In this document: piece by piece, positions 37,253 to 46,617 of the stretch
Layout: the number at the start of each line of letters is the position of its first letter
Numbering within the stretch: the stretch's first letter is position 1
Assembly: GCA_963727805.1 (NCBI GenBank)
Contig: CAVSHF010000003.1
Location: 192,001 to 256,000, forward strand
Direction: 5' to 3'
Source: an uncultured Nitrospiraceae bacterium
GTDB taxonomy: Bacteria; Nitrospirota; Thermodesulfovibrionia; Thermodesulfovibrionales; Dissulfurispiraceae
DNA length: 64,000 nt
Translations under genes and position numbers: made by a program
The notes under the pieces: model-generated
The model's input: only the letters and a program-made list of their open reading frames with translations
Databases searched by the model: none
Told to the model about the DNA's origin: nothing

Positions 37253-38215
37253 ATGGATGAAATCCTCTCTCAGGAAGAAGTCGATGCCTTGCTCAAGGGC
37301 ATACAAGAAGGGGAGGTCGAGACCGAAAAGGGTATCGAACCTGCTGGCGTAAAGTCTTACGATTTCACAGGACAGGAAAAGATCGTCAGGGGCAGGATGC
37401 CGTCGCTCGACATCGCCAATGAGAGGCTTGCGAGGAATTTCAGACTTTCGCTCTCCGCTGCAATTCGGAGGATGGTGGACATCACCAACGTCAATGTGAC
37501 GATCACTAAATTCTACGATTTCATGCGCGGCGTTCCATTTCCGTCGAGCATTAATATCTTCAAGATGGAGCCGCTTCGGGGCTTCGGCCTCCTTGTTTTC
37601 GACGCCCAGATGATCTTCAGCCTCATCGAATTCTTTTTCGGGGGTACGGGGAAGAGCTATTACAAACCGGAAGGTCGTGAGTTCACCCCCATTGAGCAGA
37701 AGATCATCCACAAGGTAGTTATGATATTTTTCGATGATATGGAGGAGGCTTGGAGGGCCATCTATCCGATGAAGCCTGTCTACGTGCGCGCTGAGATGAA
37801 CCCCCAGTTCGTGAATATCGTCACTCCGGTCGATGTTGTAATAAAGGTCGAGTTTGTCCTTGAAGTGGAAGGGAAGCAGTGCAAGGCATTCCTTTGTATC
37901 CCTTACGGGACTGTCGAGCCTATCAAAGAGAAGCTCTACAGCGCCTTCTCGGCCGACCGTGATGAGCTCGATATGAAATGGCTGGACAGATTGAAAGAAA
38001 GGCTTAAGGAAATTCCCGTAGTCGTCTCCGGAGTACTTGGCAAGGTGATGCTCGATGTGAATAGAGTAGTTGATTTGAAGGTTAATGATCTAATTGTTCT
38101 AGACCGCCGGGTCGATGATGATATCGATATCCTGGTCGAAGGGTACCCGAAATTCAAGGGTACATTTGGTATTTTCCGGGGTTCTTACGGGTTAAAAGTG
38201 AACAGGGATCTGTAA
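37253..38215 (+). CDS. fliM: Motor switch protein FliM
   Basis: ILSQEEVDALL CheY-binding peptide, FFGGTG, REFTPIE, EMNPQF. Confidence 0.95.
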   Translation: MDEILSQEEVDALLKGIQEGEVETEKGIEPAGVKSYDFTGQEKIVRGRMPSLDIANERLARNFRLSLSAAIRRMVDITNVNVTITKFYDFMRGVPFPSSINIFKMEPLRGFGLLVFDAQMIFSLIEFFFGGTGKSYYKPEGREFTPIEQKIIHKVVMIFFDDMEEAWRAIYPMKPVYVRAEMNPQFVNIVTPVDVVIKVEFVLEVEGKQCKAFLCIPYGTVEPIKEKLYSAFSADRDELDMKWLDRLKERLKEIPVVVSGVLGKVMLDVNRVVDLKVNDLIVLDRRVDDDIDILVEGYPKFKGTFGIFRGSYGLKVNRDL

Positions 38216-38255
38216 CGTTTAAAGTTATCCGTATTGGAAGAAGAGGAGAGAGACA

Positions 38256-38585
38256 ATGGCAGACGAAGTGAAAGATCTGGAAATGCAGGAAATCGAGGAC
38301 CCGGGGAAGCAGGTCCAGGGAATGTCGAAGGACATCAATTTTATCCTGGACATCCCGCTAGAAGTGACTGTTGTCATCGGAAGGACCAAGATTCTTGTGC
38401 AGGAACTGCTCCAGCTCGGTCAAGGGTCAGTGGTCGCACTTGAGAAGCTTGCCGGAGAGCCCATGGAGGTCTACGTTAATGACCGACTTATCGGAAGAGG
38501 CGAGGTGGTCGTGGTGAATGAGCGGTTCGGCGTCAGGCTAACCGACATTATCAGCCCAGCGGAAAGGGTGAGGCAGCTCCGGTGA
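38256..38585 (+). CDS. fliN: Motor switch protein FliN
   Basis: ILDIPLEVTV, GSVVALEKLAGEP, GEVVVVNERFGVR. Confidence 0.95.
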   Translation: MADEVKDLEMQEIEDPGKQVQGMSKDINFILDIPLEVTVVIGRTKILVQELLQLGQGSVVALEKLAGEPMEVYVNDRLIGRGEVVVVNERFGVRLTDIISPAERVRQLR

Positions 38586-38630
38586 CCTGGAGAATTCAAA
38601 ATTCAATGAACATGGTAAGGGGGAAGTGAA

Positions 38631-39683
38631 GTGGGTTTCGAATTGATCAAAGCTGTCATGGCACTCCTGACACTCCTTGGAGGGCTGTATCTTCTCCTCA
38701 GATTTCTGCGAGGAAGGATCATGCCTAAAAAGGGGATCATCGAAATGGTCCACTATCAGCCTTTCGGTCCCAAAAAAGGTGTTGCGATAGTCAAGATTGT
38801 AAAAGACTATGTTGCCCTCGGCATTGCTGATGAGAATATTTCGCTCCTCGGAAAACTGAATCCCGCAGACGTGGAAGCATCCATGAAGCTGATGGAAGAT
38901 AAACCCGCAGCTGCCCCCTTTGACATCAGGGGACTTTTTGGCGGAAAACTAAAGCGGTTTTTCCCGGTCATCGTGGCAGCAGTTTTAATACTGCCATCTA
39001 TGACGTTTGCTCAGACGCCCTCTGCTGCGGCCCCTGCTGTATCTCCGGGCTTCTTTGGGCTTACCACACCTATCGAACTTCTCTTTTTTTTGACGATCAT
39101 CGCTTTCTTGCCGGCAATCCTCGTCATGACGACCTGTTTCACGAGGATCGTCATAGTACTCTCTTTTTTGAGGCAGGCACTCGGAACGCCGCAGGTGCCC
39201 CCTACCCAGGTAATTATCGGTCTATCTCTATTCATTACCTTTTTTGTCATGTCTCCTGTTTTTGATACTATTTATACGAATGCGTATATTCCTTATACAA
39301 AGAAAGAGATCAAGTCTGACGAGGCCCTTGCGAAGGCTTCCGATCCGTTGAAAGAATTCATGCTCAAGCAGACGAGGGAAAAGGACCTCGCACTCTTCCT
39401 GAAGATGTCCAAGGCCGAGAGACCTGCCAAGCCTATGGATTTGCCCATGAGGGTAGTAGTCCCCGCTTTTTCGATTGGAGAGCTGAAGCGTGCTTTCGAA
39501 ATAGGATTTCTTATTTATTTGCCCTTTCTGGTCATCGATATGGTTGTTGCCAGCGTGTTGCTCTCGATGGGCATGATGATGCTACCGCCGGTAATGGTAT
39601 CAATGCCCTTCAAGATCCTTCTGTTTGTGCTCGTTGACGGATGGGGACTTCTTATAGGATCGCTAATAGAGGGTTTCCGATGA
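38631..39683 (+). CDS. fliP: FliO-FliP fusion protein
   Basis: N-terminal ~80 aa FliO-like (TM plus GPKKGVAIVKI..LGIADENISLL) in frame with FliP (TCFTRIVIVL, ELKRAFEIGF, MGMMMLPP, FVLVDGW). Confidence 0.9.
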   Translation: MGFELIKAVMALLTLLGGLYLLLRFLRGRIMPKKGIIEMVHYQPFGPKKGVAIVKIVKDYVALGIADENISLLGKLNPADVEASMKLMEDKPAAAPFDIRGLFGGKLKRFFPVIVAAVLILPSMTFAQTPSAAAPAVSPGFFGLTTPIELLFFLTIIAFLPAILVMTTCFTRIVIVLSFLRQALGTPQVPPTQVIIGLSLFITFFVMSPVFDTIYTNAYIPYTKKEIKSDEALAKASDPLKEFMLKQTREKDLALFLKMSKAERPAKPMDLPMRVVVPAFSIGELKRAFEIGFLIYLPFLVIDMVVASVLLSMGMMMLPPVMVSMPFKILLFVLVDGWGLLIGSLIEGFR

Positions 39684-39949
39684 CGACGGAACTGCTCAAC
39701 CAGATGTCGCGGCAGACGTTTGAGACGGTGCTTCTCGTAGGGGGACCGGTGCTCGTGGTAAGTCTGGTCGTAGGAGTTCTGATCAGCATCTTCCAGGCAA
39801 TTACGCAACTGCAGGAAGTGACTCTTACGTTTGTCCCCAAGATCATCGCGGTATTCCTGACGCTGCTCCTGACGTTGCCGTGGACGGTAAAGGTCCTTGT
39901 CGGCTTTACCAGAGGCATTTATGAAAATATACCGCTCTATGTCAAATAG
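39680..39949 (+). CDS. fliQ: Export gate protein FliQ
   Basis: FQAITQLQEVTLTFVPKI; ATGA overlap with fliP. Confidence 0.95.
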   Translation: MTTELLNQMSRQTFETVLLVGGPVLVVSLVVGVLISIFQAITQLQEVTLTFVPKIIAVFLTLLLTLPWTVKVLVGFTRGIYENIPLYVK

Positions 39950-39963
39950 TCATGTGAAATGAT

Positions 39964-40701
39964 ATGGAATTCTACAACTTAATAACTATATATGCCGACA
40001 AGTTCATTCCGATCTTCATCAGGGTGATGGTGATGATTGCCTTCATCCCTTTTATCGGGACAACGACGACTCCGGTAATCGTGCGAACAGGACTCGGACT
40101 TGCCCTTACCCTGCTTCTCGCGCCGATCGTCAATGTGAACCTCGATAATCCACTGAAGGCAGTATTCGAGGCCTTTTTCATAGGTTCGGCACTGGGCCTG
40201 ATGGTGAGGATTGTCCTTGGGGCGATAGAGACGGCCGGACAGTGGATGAGCATTTCAATGGGAATCGGCGTGGCCTCTGTCTTCAACCCGCAATTCGGGG
40301 AAGTCCTCGGCCCGCTAAGCCTTTTTTACAGCCTTATGGGCATGGGACTCTTTTTCATCCTCGATATTCATCATTTTTTCATAGAGGCGATAGTGCTCAG
40401 TTTTGACGTCACGTCGGTAAATTATCCGGGCATATTCGCCGCGGTGCTGAAGCTGAATGCCCTCTTCTTCCCTCTCGCGTTCAAGATCGCTGCCCCTATC
40501 TTTCTTGTACAGGTTCTCGTTAATCTGTCAATGGGATTCCTTTCGAGGGCGATGCCGCAGGCAAATATATTCTTTGTTAGTTTTCCGCTCCTTATCGGCG
40601 TTGGCATCATTTTCATGGCGCTTACACTGGGGCTTACGTTCATGGTGATGGCCAAATCTTTTATACACGTTAAAGATGCGATGATGATACTGGTGCGATA
40701 A
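39964..40701 (+). CDS. fliR: Export gate protein FliR
   Basis: Hydrophobic; AG..MG..FNP, KIAAP, SRAMPQANIF..FP. Confidence 0.93.
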   Translation: MEFYNLITIYADKFIPIFIRVMVMIAFIPFIGTTTTPVIVRTGLGLALTLLLAPIVNVNLDNPLKAVFEAFFIGSALGLMVRIVLGAIETAGQWMSISMGIGVASVFNPQFGEVLGPLSLFYSLMGMGLFFILDIHHFFIEAIVLSFDVTSVNYPGIFAAVLKLNALFFPLAFKIAAPIFLVQVLVNLSMGFLSRAMPQANIFFVSFPLLIGVGIIFMALTLGLTFMVMAKSFIHVKDAMMILVR

Positions 40702-40702
40702 C

Positions 40703-41767
40703 ATGCCCGAACAGTTTGAAGAAAAAACCGAACAAGCAACGCCACGACGGCGTGAAAAGGCGCGGGAAAAAGGTGATGTTCCCAAAAGCAGGGAACTCAC
40801 TTCGCTCTTTCCGGTCTGGACCATCTTCCTCTATTTGCTCTTCGGCGGGGCACTCTTTTCGTCGCTTCTGAACTACCTCAGGAGTTCACTTCATCGGGGT
40901 GTTACGATGCAGTTCACGGAAACGACAGTGATGGATATCTTCCGGGCTGACACCATACAGATAGGCATGGTTATGATGCCGCTGTTTATATTAATCCTTC
41001 TTGGTGTCCTGATTGTCCATTTTCTGCAGACGGGGTTTTTTCTCAGTACTGTGCCCCTGAGCCCTGATCTTTCGAAGCTTAATCCTCTGCAGGGGATCAA
41101 GCGGATATTTAGTATCAATACGATTTATGAAACCGTCAAGGGTCTTTTTAAAGTGACCATCCTCGGTACAATACTTTATCTGATATTGAAAAAAGAAGTC
41201 TTTAATATTCCGCTTCTCGTTGACATGGACATCGTCAACGTCGGTAATTTTTCATTTGCACAGATAAAGAAGCTTGTGATGATCTCGGCACTCGTCCTGA
41301 CCGTTTTTGCCGCTATCGATTTCGCTTTTCAGCGCTGGCAATACTCGCGTAATTTGAGGATGACCAAGCAAGAGATCAGAGAAGAGCAGAAAGAAGTGGA
41401 AGGCTCGCCGATGATAAAGGCGCGCATAAGGAGTATTCAAAGAGAGATGGCACGCCGGAGGATGATGCAGGAAGTCCCACGGGCCGATGTGGTAATCACC
41501 AACCCGACACATTTTGCGGTCGCTCTCAGATATGATCTCAAAAAGAAGGCAGCACCACAGGTTGTTGCGAAAGGGGCCAATCTCATAGCAGGAAAGATAA
41601 AGGAAATTGCCAAACAGAGCGGCGTGCCGGTCGTCGAAGACAAGCCGCTTGCGCGGGCGCTCTATACTCTTGATGTCAATCAGGAGATACCGGAGGCTTT
41701 CTATAAAGCGGTGGCGGCGATACTCGCCCATGTGTATAAGATGAAGGGGAAGGGAATTACGGGATAA
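40703..41767 (+). CDS. flhB: Export switch protein FlhB
   Basis: EKTEQATPRR, NPTH autocleavage motif, PLARALY. Confidence 0.96.
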   Translation: MPEQFEEKTEQATPRRREKAREKGDVPKSRELTSLFPVWTIFLYLLFGGALFSSLLNYLRSSLHRGVTMQFTETTVMDIFRADTIQIGMVMMPLFILILLGVLIVHFLQTGFFLSTVPLSPDLSKLNPLQGIKRIFSINTIYETVKGLFKVTILGTILYLILKKEVFNIPLLVDMDIVNVGNFSFAQIKKLVMISALVLTVFAAIDFAFQRWQYSRNLRMTKQEIREEQKEVEGSPMIKARIRSIQREMARRRMMQEVPRADVVITNPTHFAVALRYDLKKKAAPQVVAKGANLIAGKIKEIAKQSGVPVVEDKPLARALYTLDVNQEIPEAFYKAVAAILAHVYKMKGKGITG

Positions 41768-41770
41768 GCC

Positions 41771-43822
41771 ATGCTCGAAAACTTGCAGAAAAAAAGCGAT
41801 CTGTTACTGGCTGCGGGAATCATGATCATACTCGGTCTGATGATCATTCCGATTCCGCCCATGCTACTCGACATTTCCCTCTCGTTCAGCATAACCTTTG
41901 CAATTGTGGTCATTCTCGTCACATCGTATATATCGAGACCCCTCGACTTTTCGGTCTTCCCGTCAGTGCTCCTTATCGCGACCTTGCTCAGGCTTTCGTT
42001 GAATATAGCCTCTACGAGGCTAATACTCACTCACGGCGATACTGGCACCCAGGCTGCGGGTAAGGTGATCCAGTCCTTTGGAGAGTTCGTGATCGGGGGA
42101 AATTTTGTCGTTGGGTTCGTCGTTTTCATGATTCTGGTTCTTATCAATTTTGTAGTCATTACGAAGGGGTCCGGCAGAATCGCAGAGGTATCAGCACGGT
42201 TTACTCTCGATGCGATGCCAGGCAAACAAATGAGCATCGATGCCGATTTAAACGCCGGTCTCATCGACGAAACAGAAGCCAGAAGGCGCAGGCAGGACAT
42301 CAGCAGGGAAGCAGATTTCTACGGTGCCATGGATGGAGCGAGCAAGTTCATACGTGGAGACGCGATCGCAGGTATCATTATCATGATCATCAATATTATC
42401 GGTGGATTTCTTATCGGTGTTCTCCAGAAGGGCATGCCCGTATCAGATGCGGTGCAGACGTATACAATCCTGACGGTTGGAGAGGGCCTTGTGGCCCAGA
42501 TACCCGCGCTCATTACCTCGACGGCGGCAGGTATCGTGGTATCGAGGGCTGCGACAGAAGCCAATCTCGGCGCTGAATTTGCGAAGCAGCTATTGGGAAA
42601 TCCAAGGGCCCTCGCCTCTGCGGCAGGAGTTCTTGGCGTTCTCGGTCTAATACCGGGACTGCCGCATGTTCCGTTCCTGATGATCGCGGCAATCACGGGA
42701 ACTGGTGCCTATTTCGTCAATCAAAGCATAAGAAAGGAAGAGGAGGCTGCGGCACCGGCACAGGTACAAGCGGTCAAGCCAGTCGAGGACCTCGAAGCCT
42801 TGCTTCCGCTGGATCCGTTTACCCTCGAGATCGGGTATGGTCTTATCCCGCTCGTCGAAGCTGGCGCTCCACTGTTGGCAAGGATCAAGGCAATCAGGAA
42901 GCAGATGGTTTCGGATATGGGGTTTATTGTCCCTCCCGTCCATATCAAGGACAATCTTTCGCTGAAACCGACGGCCTATTCAATTCTTATCAAAGGGGTT
43001 GAGGTCGCATCGGGAGAGGTAATTCTGAAAAAATATCTTGCTATCTCGCCGGGTACGGAGAAGGAGAAGATCGAAGGCATTCCCGCGAAAGACCCCGCCT
43101 TCGGCCTCGCGGCGAGCTGGATAGATGAAAAGGATGTCGAAAGAGCGCAACTCTCCGGGTATACCGTCGTGGATGTCCCGTCGGTTATTACAACCCATTT
43201 GACCGAAGTGATAAAGAACTATTCCCATGAACTGCTCGGCAAGCAGGACGTCCAGAAACTGCTCGATGCCCTTACAAAAACGCATCCAAAAGTAGTTGAA
43301 GACCTTATCCCCGCTCTGCTGAACCTGGGCGTCGTTCAAAGAGTCCTCCAGAACCTCATGAAAGAGCGGATATCGATTCGAGACCTACAGACGATACTTG
43401 AAACGCTTTCGGATTATGCCTCAATGACAAAGGATGCGGACCTGCTCACCGAGTATGTCAGACAGTCGCTGGCAAGGAGTATCACCAAGCAGATTCAGAA
43501 CCCTGACGGTTCAGTGTCCGTAATCGTCATCGACCCCCAGGCAGAGCGTACCATGGTCGAGGCAGTACAGACGGGTCCGCAGGGCACCCAGTATTTTAAC
43601 TTGGACCCCTTGATGACAGAAAAAATCGTCGCGAGCATGAAAGAGAATTTCGAAAGTGGCCTGATAAAGGGTTACCAGCCCGTAGTGCTCTGCTCGCCCG
43701 CCACAAGGAGGTTCGTCAAGAAGATGGCTGAAAGGATCTCAACCGCACTCATTGTGGTCTCACATTCAGAGATTGCACCCAATACAAAGGTTTATTCAAT
43801 AGGAACGATAAAGATTGATTAA
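41771..43822 (+). CDS. flhA: Export apparatus protein FlhA
   Basis: RIAEVSARFTLDAMPGKQMSIDAD, FYGAMDGASKF. Confidence 0.97.
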   Translation: MLENLQKKSDLLLAAGIMIILGLMIIPIPPMLLDISLSFSITFAIVVILVTSYISRPLDFSVFPSVLLIATLLRLSLNIASTRLILTHGDTGTQAAGKVIQSFGEFVIGGNFVVGFVVFMILVLINFVVITKGSGRIAEVSARFTLDAMPGKQMSIDADLNAGLIDETEARRRRQDISREADFYGAMDGASKFIRGDAIAGIIIMIINIIGGFLIGVLQKGMPVSDAVQTYTILTVGEGLVAQIPALITSTAAGIVVSRAATEANLGAEFAKQLLGNPRALASAAGVLGVLGLIPGLPHVPFLMIAAITGTGAYFVNQSIRKEEEAAAPAQVQAVKPVEDLEALLPLDPFTLEIGYGLIPLVEAGAPLLARIKAIRKQMVSDMGFIVPPVHIKDNLSLKPTAYSILIKGVEVASGEVILKKYLAISPGTEKEKIEGIPAKDPAFGLAASWIDEKDVERAQLSGYTVVDVPSVITTHLTEVIKNYSHELLGKQDVQKLLDALTKTHPKVVEDLIPALLNLGVVQRVLQNLMKERISIRDLQTILETLSDYASMTKDADLLTEYVRQSLARSITKQIQNPDGSVSVIVIDPQAERTMVEAVQTGPQGTQYFNLDPLMTEKIVASMKENFESGLIKGYQPVVLCSPATRRFVKKMAERISTALIVVSHSEIAPNTKVYSIGTIKID

Positions 43823-43848
43823 GGAAATGAGTTGCAGGAGGACAAGGG

Positions 43849-44904
43849 ATGAAGATTAAAAAGTTCGTCGGTAAAAACTTTAAAGAAGCCCTCGAAATGG
43901 TCAAGAAGGAACTCGGCGCCGATGCGATCATCCTTTCGAGCAGAACCATGAAAACGGGCCCACTTGGCCTGCTGAAAAAAGAGACGGTGGAAGTGACAGC
44001 TGCTCTTGACGAAACAGCTGTTGAAGAGGCGTTTCGTCAAGAAACAGCATTGGATGGATCCTTCACTTTGAGTGAGGACATTTTACGCGAAATACGCAGT
44101 CTGAGGGATGAAATCAGTTTTCTTAAGGAGACACTGAGACCTGTTGTCCCGACACTAAGAATCGGTAAGGACAAAAAAGGCCTTTATAATATGCTGATCA
44201 AGCAAGGGGTTGATTCACAGTTCGCCATGGTGCTCCTCGAAAAGTCGGGTGAGACCGTCGGGAGCCTTATGAGTGCAATAAAGCAGGAGGTCAAGGTGAG
44301 GAGGCTCATCCCTTCGGAAGAGCGGGGCTACATGTTTTTCGGACCGCCTGGCATCGGGAAGACGACAACGATGTCCAAAGTCGCTCACATGCTTTCATCG
44401 CATAGGCGGCAGGTCAGTCTGGTATCGCTTGATTCTCAGAGAATTGGTTCTATTGCCTACCTGAAAGAACTCTCGCGTCAGTTGAAGTGTGATCTGAAGC
44501 TTGTTAAAAGCGTGAATGAACTTCCGAAGATCATCTATAAAGAATCTGAAAGGGGGGCAGTTCTCGTTGATACCCCGGGGAGTGAATACGGTCAAATACT
44601 TAGACAGACAAAGGAAGTCTTTTCCTCAGGATTCCCCCTGAACAAATGTTTTCTGATGGATGCTTCCATGGATATAGTATCGACGATGAAACTTTGGCAG
44701 CAGGCCGTTCCTTATGCCATAGATACTATTGGCTTCACGCGACTCGACCTTGCGACGCAATACGGCAATCTCTACAATTTGTCGACGTTGACGGGACGTC
44801 CGTTATCATTCGTGACCGATGGCCCCGATGTCCCTGAAGATATAAGGGTCCCGACGCCCGATTACATCGCTGGCCTCATCACGGGAGGCATCTGTGAAAA
44901 CTAA
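43849..44904 (+). CDS. flhF: SRP-family GTPase FlhF
   Basis: KKELGADAIILS N-terminus, GPPGIGKTTT, DTPG, TRLD, VPEDI. Confidence 0.9.
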   Translation: MKIKKFVGKNFKEALEMVKKELGADAIILSSRTMKTGPLGLLKKETVEVTAALDETAVEEAFRQETALDGSFTLSEDILREIRSLRDEISFLKETLRPVVPTLRIGKDKKGLYNMLIKQGVDSQFAMVLLEKSGETVGSLMSAIKQEVKVRRLIPSEERGYMFFGPPGIGKTTTMSKVAHMLSSHRRQVSLVSLDSQRIGSIAYLKELSRQLKCDLKLVKSVNELPKIIYKESERGAVLVDTPGSEYGQILRQTKEVFSSGFPLNKCFLMDASMDIVSTMKLWQQAVPYAIDTIGFTRLDLATQYGNLYNLSTLTGRPLSFVTDGPDVPEDIRVPTPDYIAGLITGGICEN

Positions 44905-45703
44905 CGGGCCAAGGATTATAGCGGTTTCGAGTGGTAAAGGTGGGGTAGGAAAGACGAACTTCGTGGCCAACCTGGCTCTGTACTTTGCGGGTATGAACAA
45001 AAAAGTGCTCATCATGGACGCCGATCTCGGATTGAGTAACATAGATGTACTTCTGGGAATAACACCGCGATATAATCTCAAACATGTGCTCAACGGGTCG
45101 AAGAGCATGAAGGAGATCATCGCCGAGGGACCTATGGGCATACAGATCATCCCTGCTAGTTCCGGGGTCAGGCAACTTACTAGGCTTACCGATACCCAGA
45201 GGCTGAAACTGCTCTCGGAACTTGACCAATTTGAAATCCCGGTGGACATCTTTCTTATCGACACGGGGGCTGGGATATCTGATAATGTACTTTTCTTCTG
45301 CAGCTCTGCCCAGGAAACGATAGTAGTAGTGACGCCCGAGCCTACTTCGATTGCCGACGCCTACGCCCTGATCAAGGTGCTCTCCCGTGATTTTGGGGAC
45401 AAATATTTCAGGATTCTGGTTAATACGGCGAGAAGTGACAAAGAGGCCTTCGAGACCTTCAGAAAGATTGCCCTTGTAACCGACAGATTTTTGTCGCTTT
45501 CGTTAGATTACTTGGGATATCTGCCATATGAACCGACCGTCAAGGACGCAATTATCGCCCAAAAAGGATATATTTCTATGTATCCCAACAGCAACTTTGC
45601 GAAGAAACTAGCTACCGTGGCGAACAAGGTACTCGATGACCCTGTCGGAGAGGTGAAAGGAGGCATTCAATTCTTTTTGAAGCAGGCGTTGCGGGTTGGC
45701 TGA
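44894..45703 (+). CDS. flhG: MinD-like ATPase FlhG/FleN
   Basis: SGKGGVGKT, DADLGLSN, DTGAGIS, TPEPTSIADAYALIK. Confidence 0.93.
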   Translation: MKTNGPRIIAVSSGKGGVGKTNFVANLALYFAGMNKKVLIMDADLGLSNIDVLLGITPRYNLKHVLNGSKSMKEIIAEGPMGIQIIPASSGVRQLTRLTDTQRLKLLSELDQFEIPVDIFLIDTGAGISDNVLFFCSSAQETIVVVTPEPTSIADAYALIKVLSRDFGDKYFRILVNTARSDKEAFETFRKIALVTDRFLSLSLDYLGYLPYEPTVKDAIIAQKGYISMYPNSNFAKKLATVANKVLDDPVGEVKGGIQFFLKQALRVG

Positions 45704-45776
45704 TAGTACTGATGGGTTTTCTAGTAGAATAGAAGAAGTAAAAAATGGTATCTAACTTTAACCGGAGGCGAATGCT

Positions 45777-46529
45777 TTGCCCATGGTAGACTCATATACA
45801 GCAGCGGGACTGCCGGGACCGCCCGACCAACGAGAAGAGATAGTTCGCCAATTTTTGCCAAGGGTAAAATATTATGCGCATAAATACGCCTTTGGGTTGC
45901 CGCCTGAACTGGAGGTCGAGGATCTTGTGTCCGCCGGAATCGTCGGTCTTCTCGAAGCCGTCAACAGGTTCAATCCAGCCATGAACACTACGCTAAGCAC
46001 CTTTGCCGATTTCAGGATCAGGGGTGCTATTATCGATGAGATACGCTCCATGCAGTGGGCCTCGAAAGATGTTAAGAAAAAGATCGAGGAGGTCAGGCAT
46101 ACGTATGAAGAAATCGAAAAGAATTTGCACCGAAGCGCTACTGATGAGGAAGTTGCTGAAAAGCTTAAGATTAGCATAGTTGAACTCCATAAAATATTAG
46201 CAACTGTTAACACTGTAAGGATGGTACGTCTCGAAGATCTAGGCTTAAATCGAGATGGCGAGACGCTTGACATTCTTGAATGCATTTCAGCCGAAGGTAA
46301 AAAAGACGTGCTCGACGAGCTTGGCATGAGGGAACTTCAGACGACCCTTGGAAAGGTGATTGATGAACTCCCTGAGAAGGAACGCCTGGTTCTGACACTT
46401 TACTATTACGAAGAACTCAATATGAAAGAAATAGGGCGCGTTCTTAATGTCAGCGAATCGAGGGTATGCCAACTCCATGGCAAGGCACTCCTTAAGCTCA
46501 GGAAAAAAATGGATGAATTTAAGGACTGA
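45777..46529 (+). CDS. fliA: Flagellar sigma factor sigma28
   Basis: RIRGAIIDEIR, LYYYEELNMKEIG.VL.VSESRVCQLH; GGAGG SD before TTG. Confidence 0.95.
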   Translation: MPMVDSYTAAGLPGPPDQREEIVRQFLPRVKYYAHKYAFGLPPELEVEDLVSAGIVGLLEAVNRFNPAMNTTLSTFADFRIRGAIIDEIRSMQWASKDVKKKIEEVRHTYEEIEKNLHRSATDEEVAEKLKISIVELHKILATVNTVRMVRLEDLGLNRDGETLDILECISAEGKKDVLDELGMRELQTTLGKVIDELPEKERLVLTLYYYEELNMKEIGRVLNVSESRVCQLHGKALLKLRKKMDEFKD

Positions 46530-46617
46530 ATTCTTGTAATATACGTAGTCTATATTCCGTGTTGTTTTTTAAATGATAATTTGCCATCAGATCTGTACGC
46601 GATGAGGGGGGAGATGA

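Noticed and set aside
45746..45761. TGGTAT... possible sigma54 promoter for fliA
   Set aside because: No GC at the -12 position
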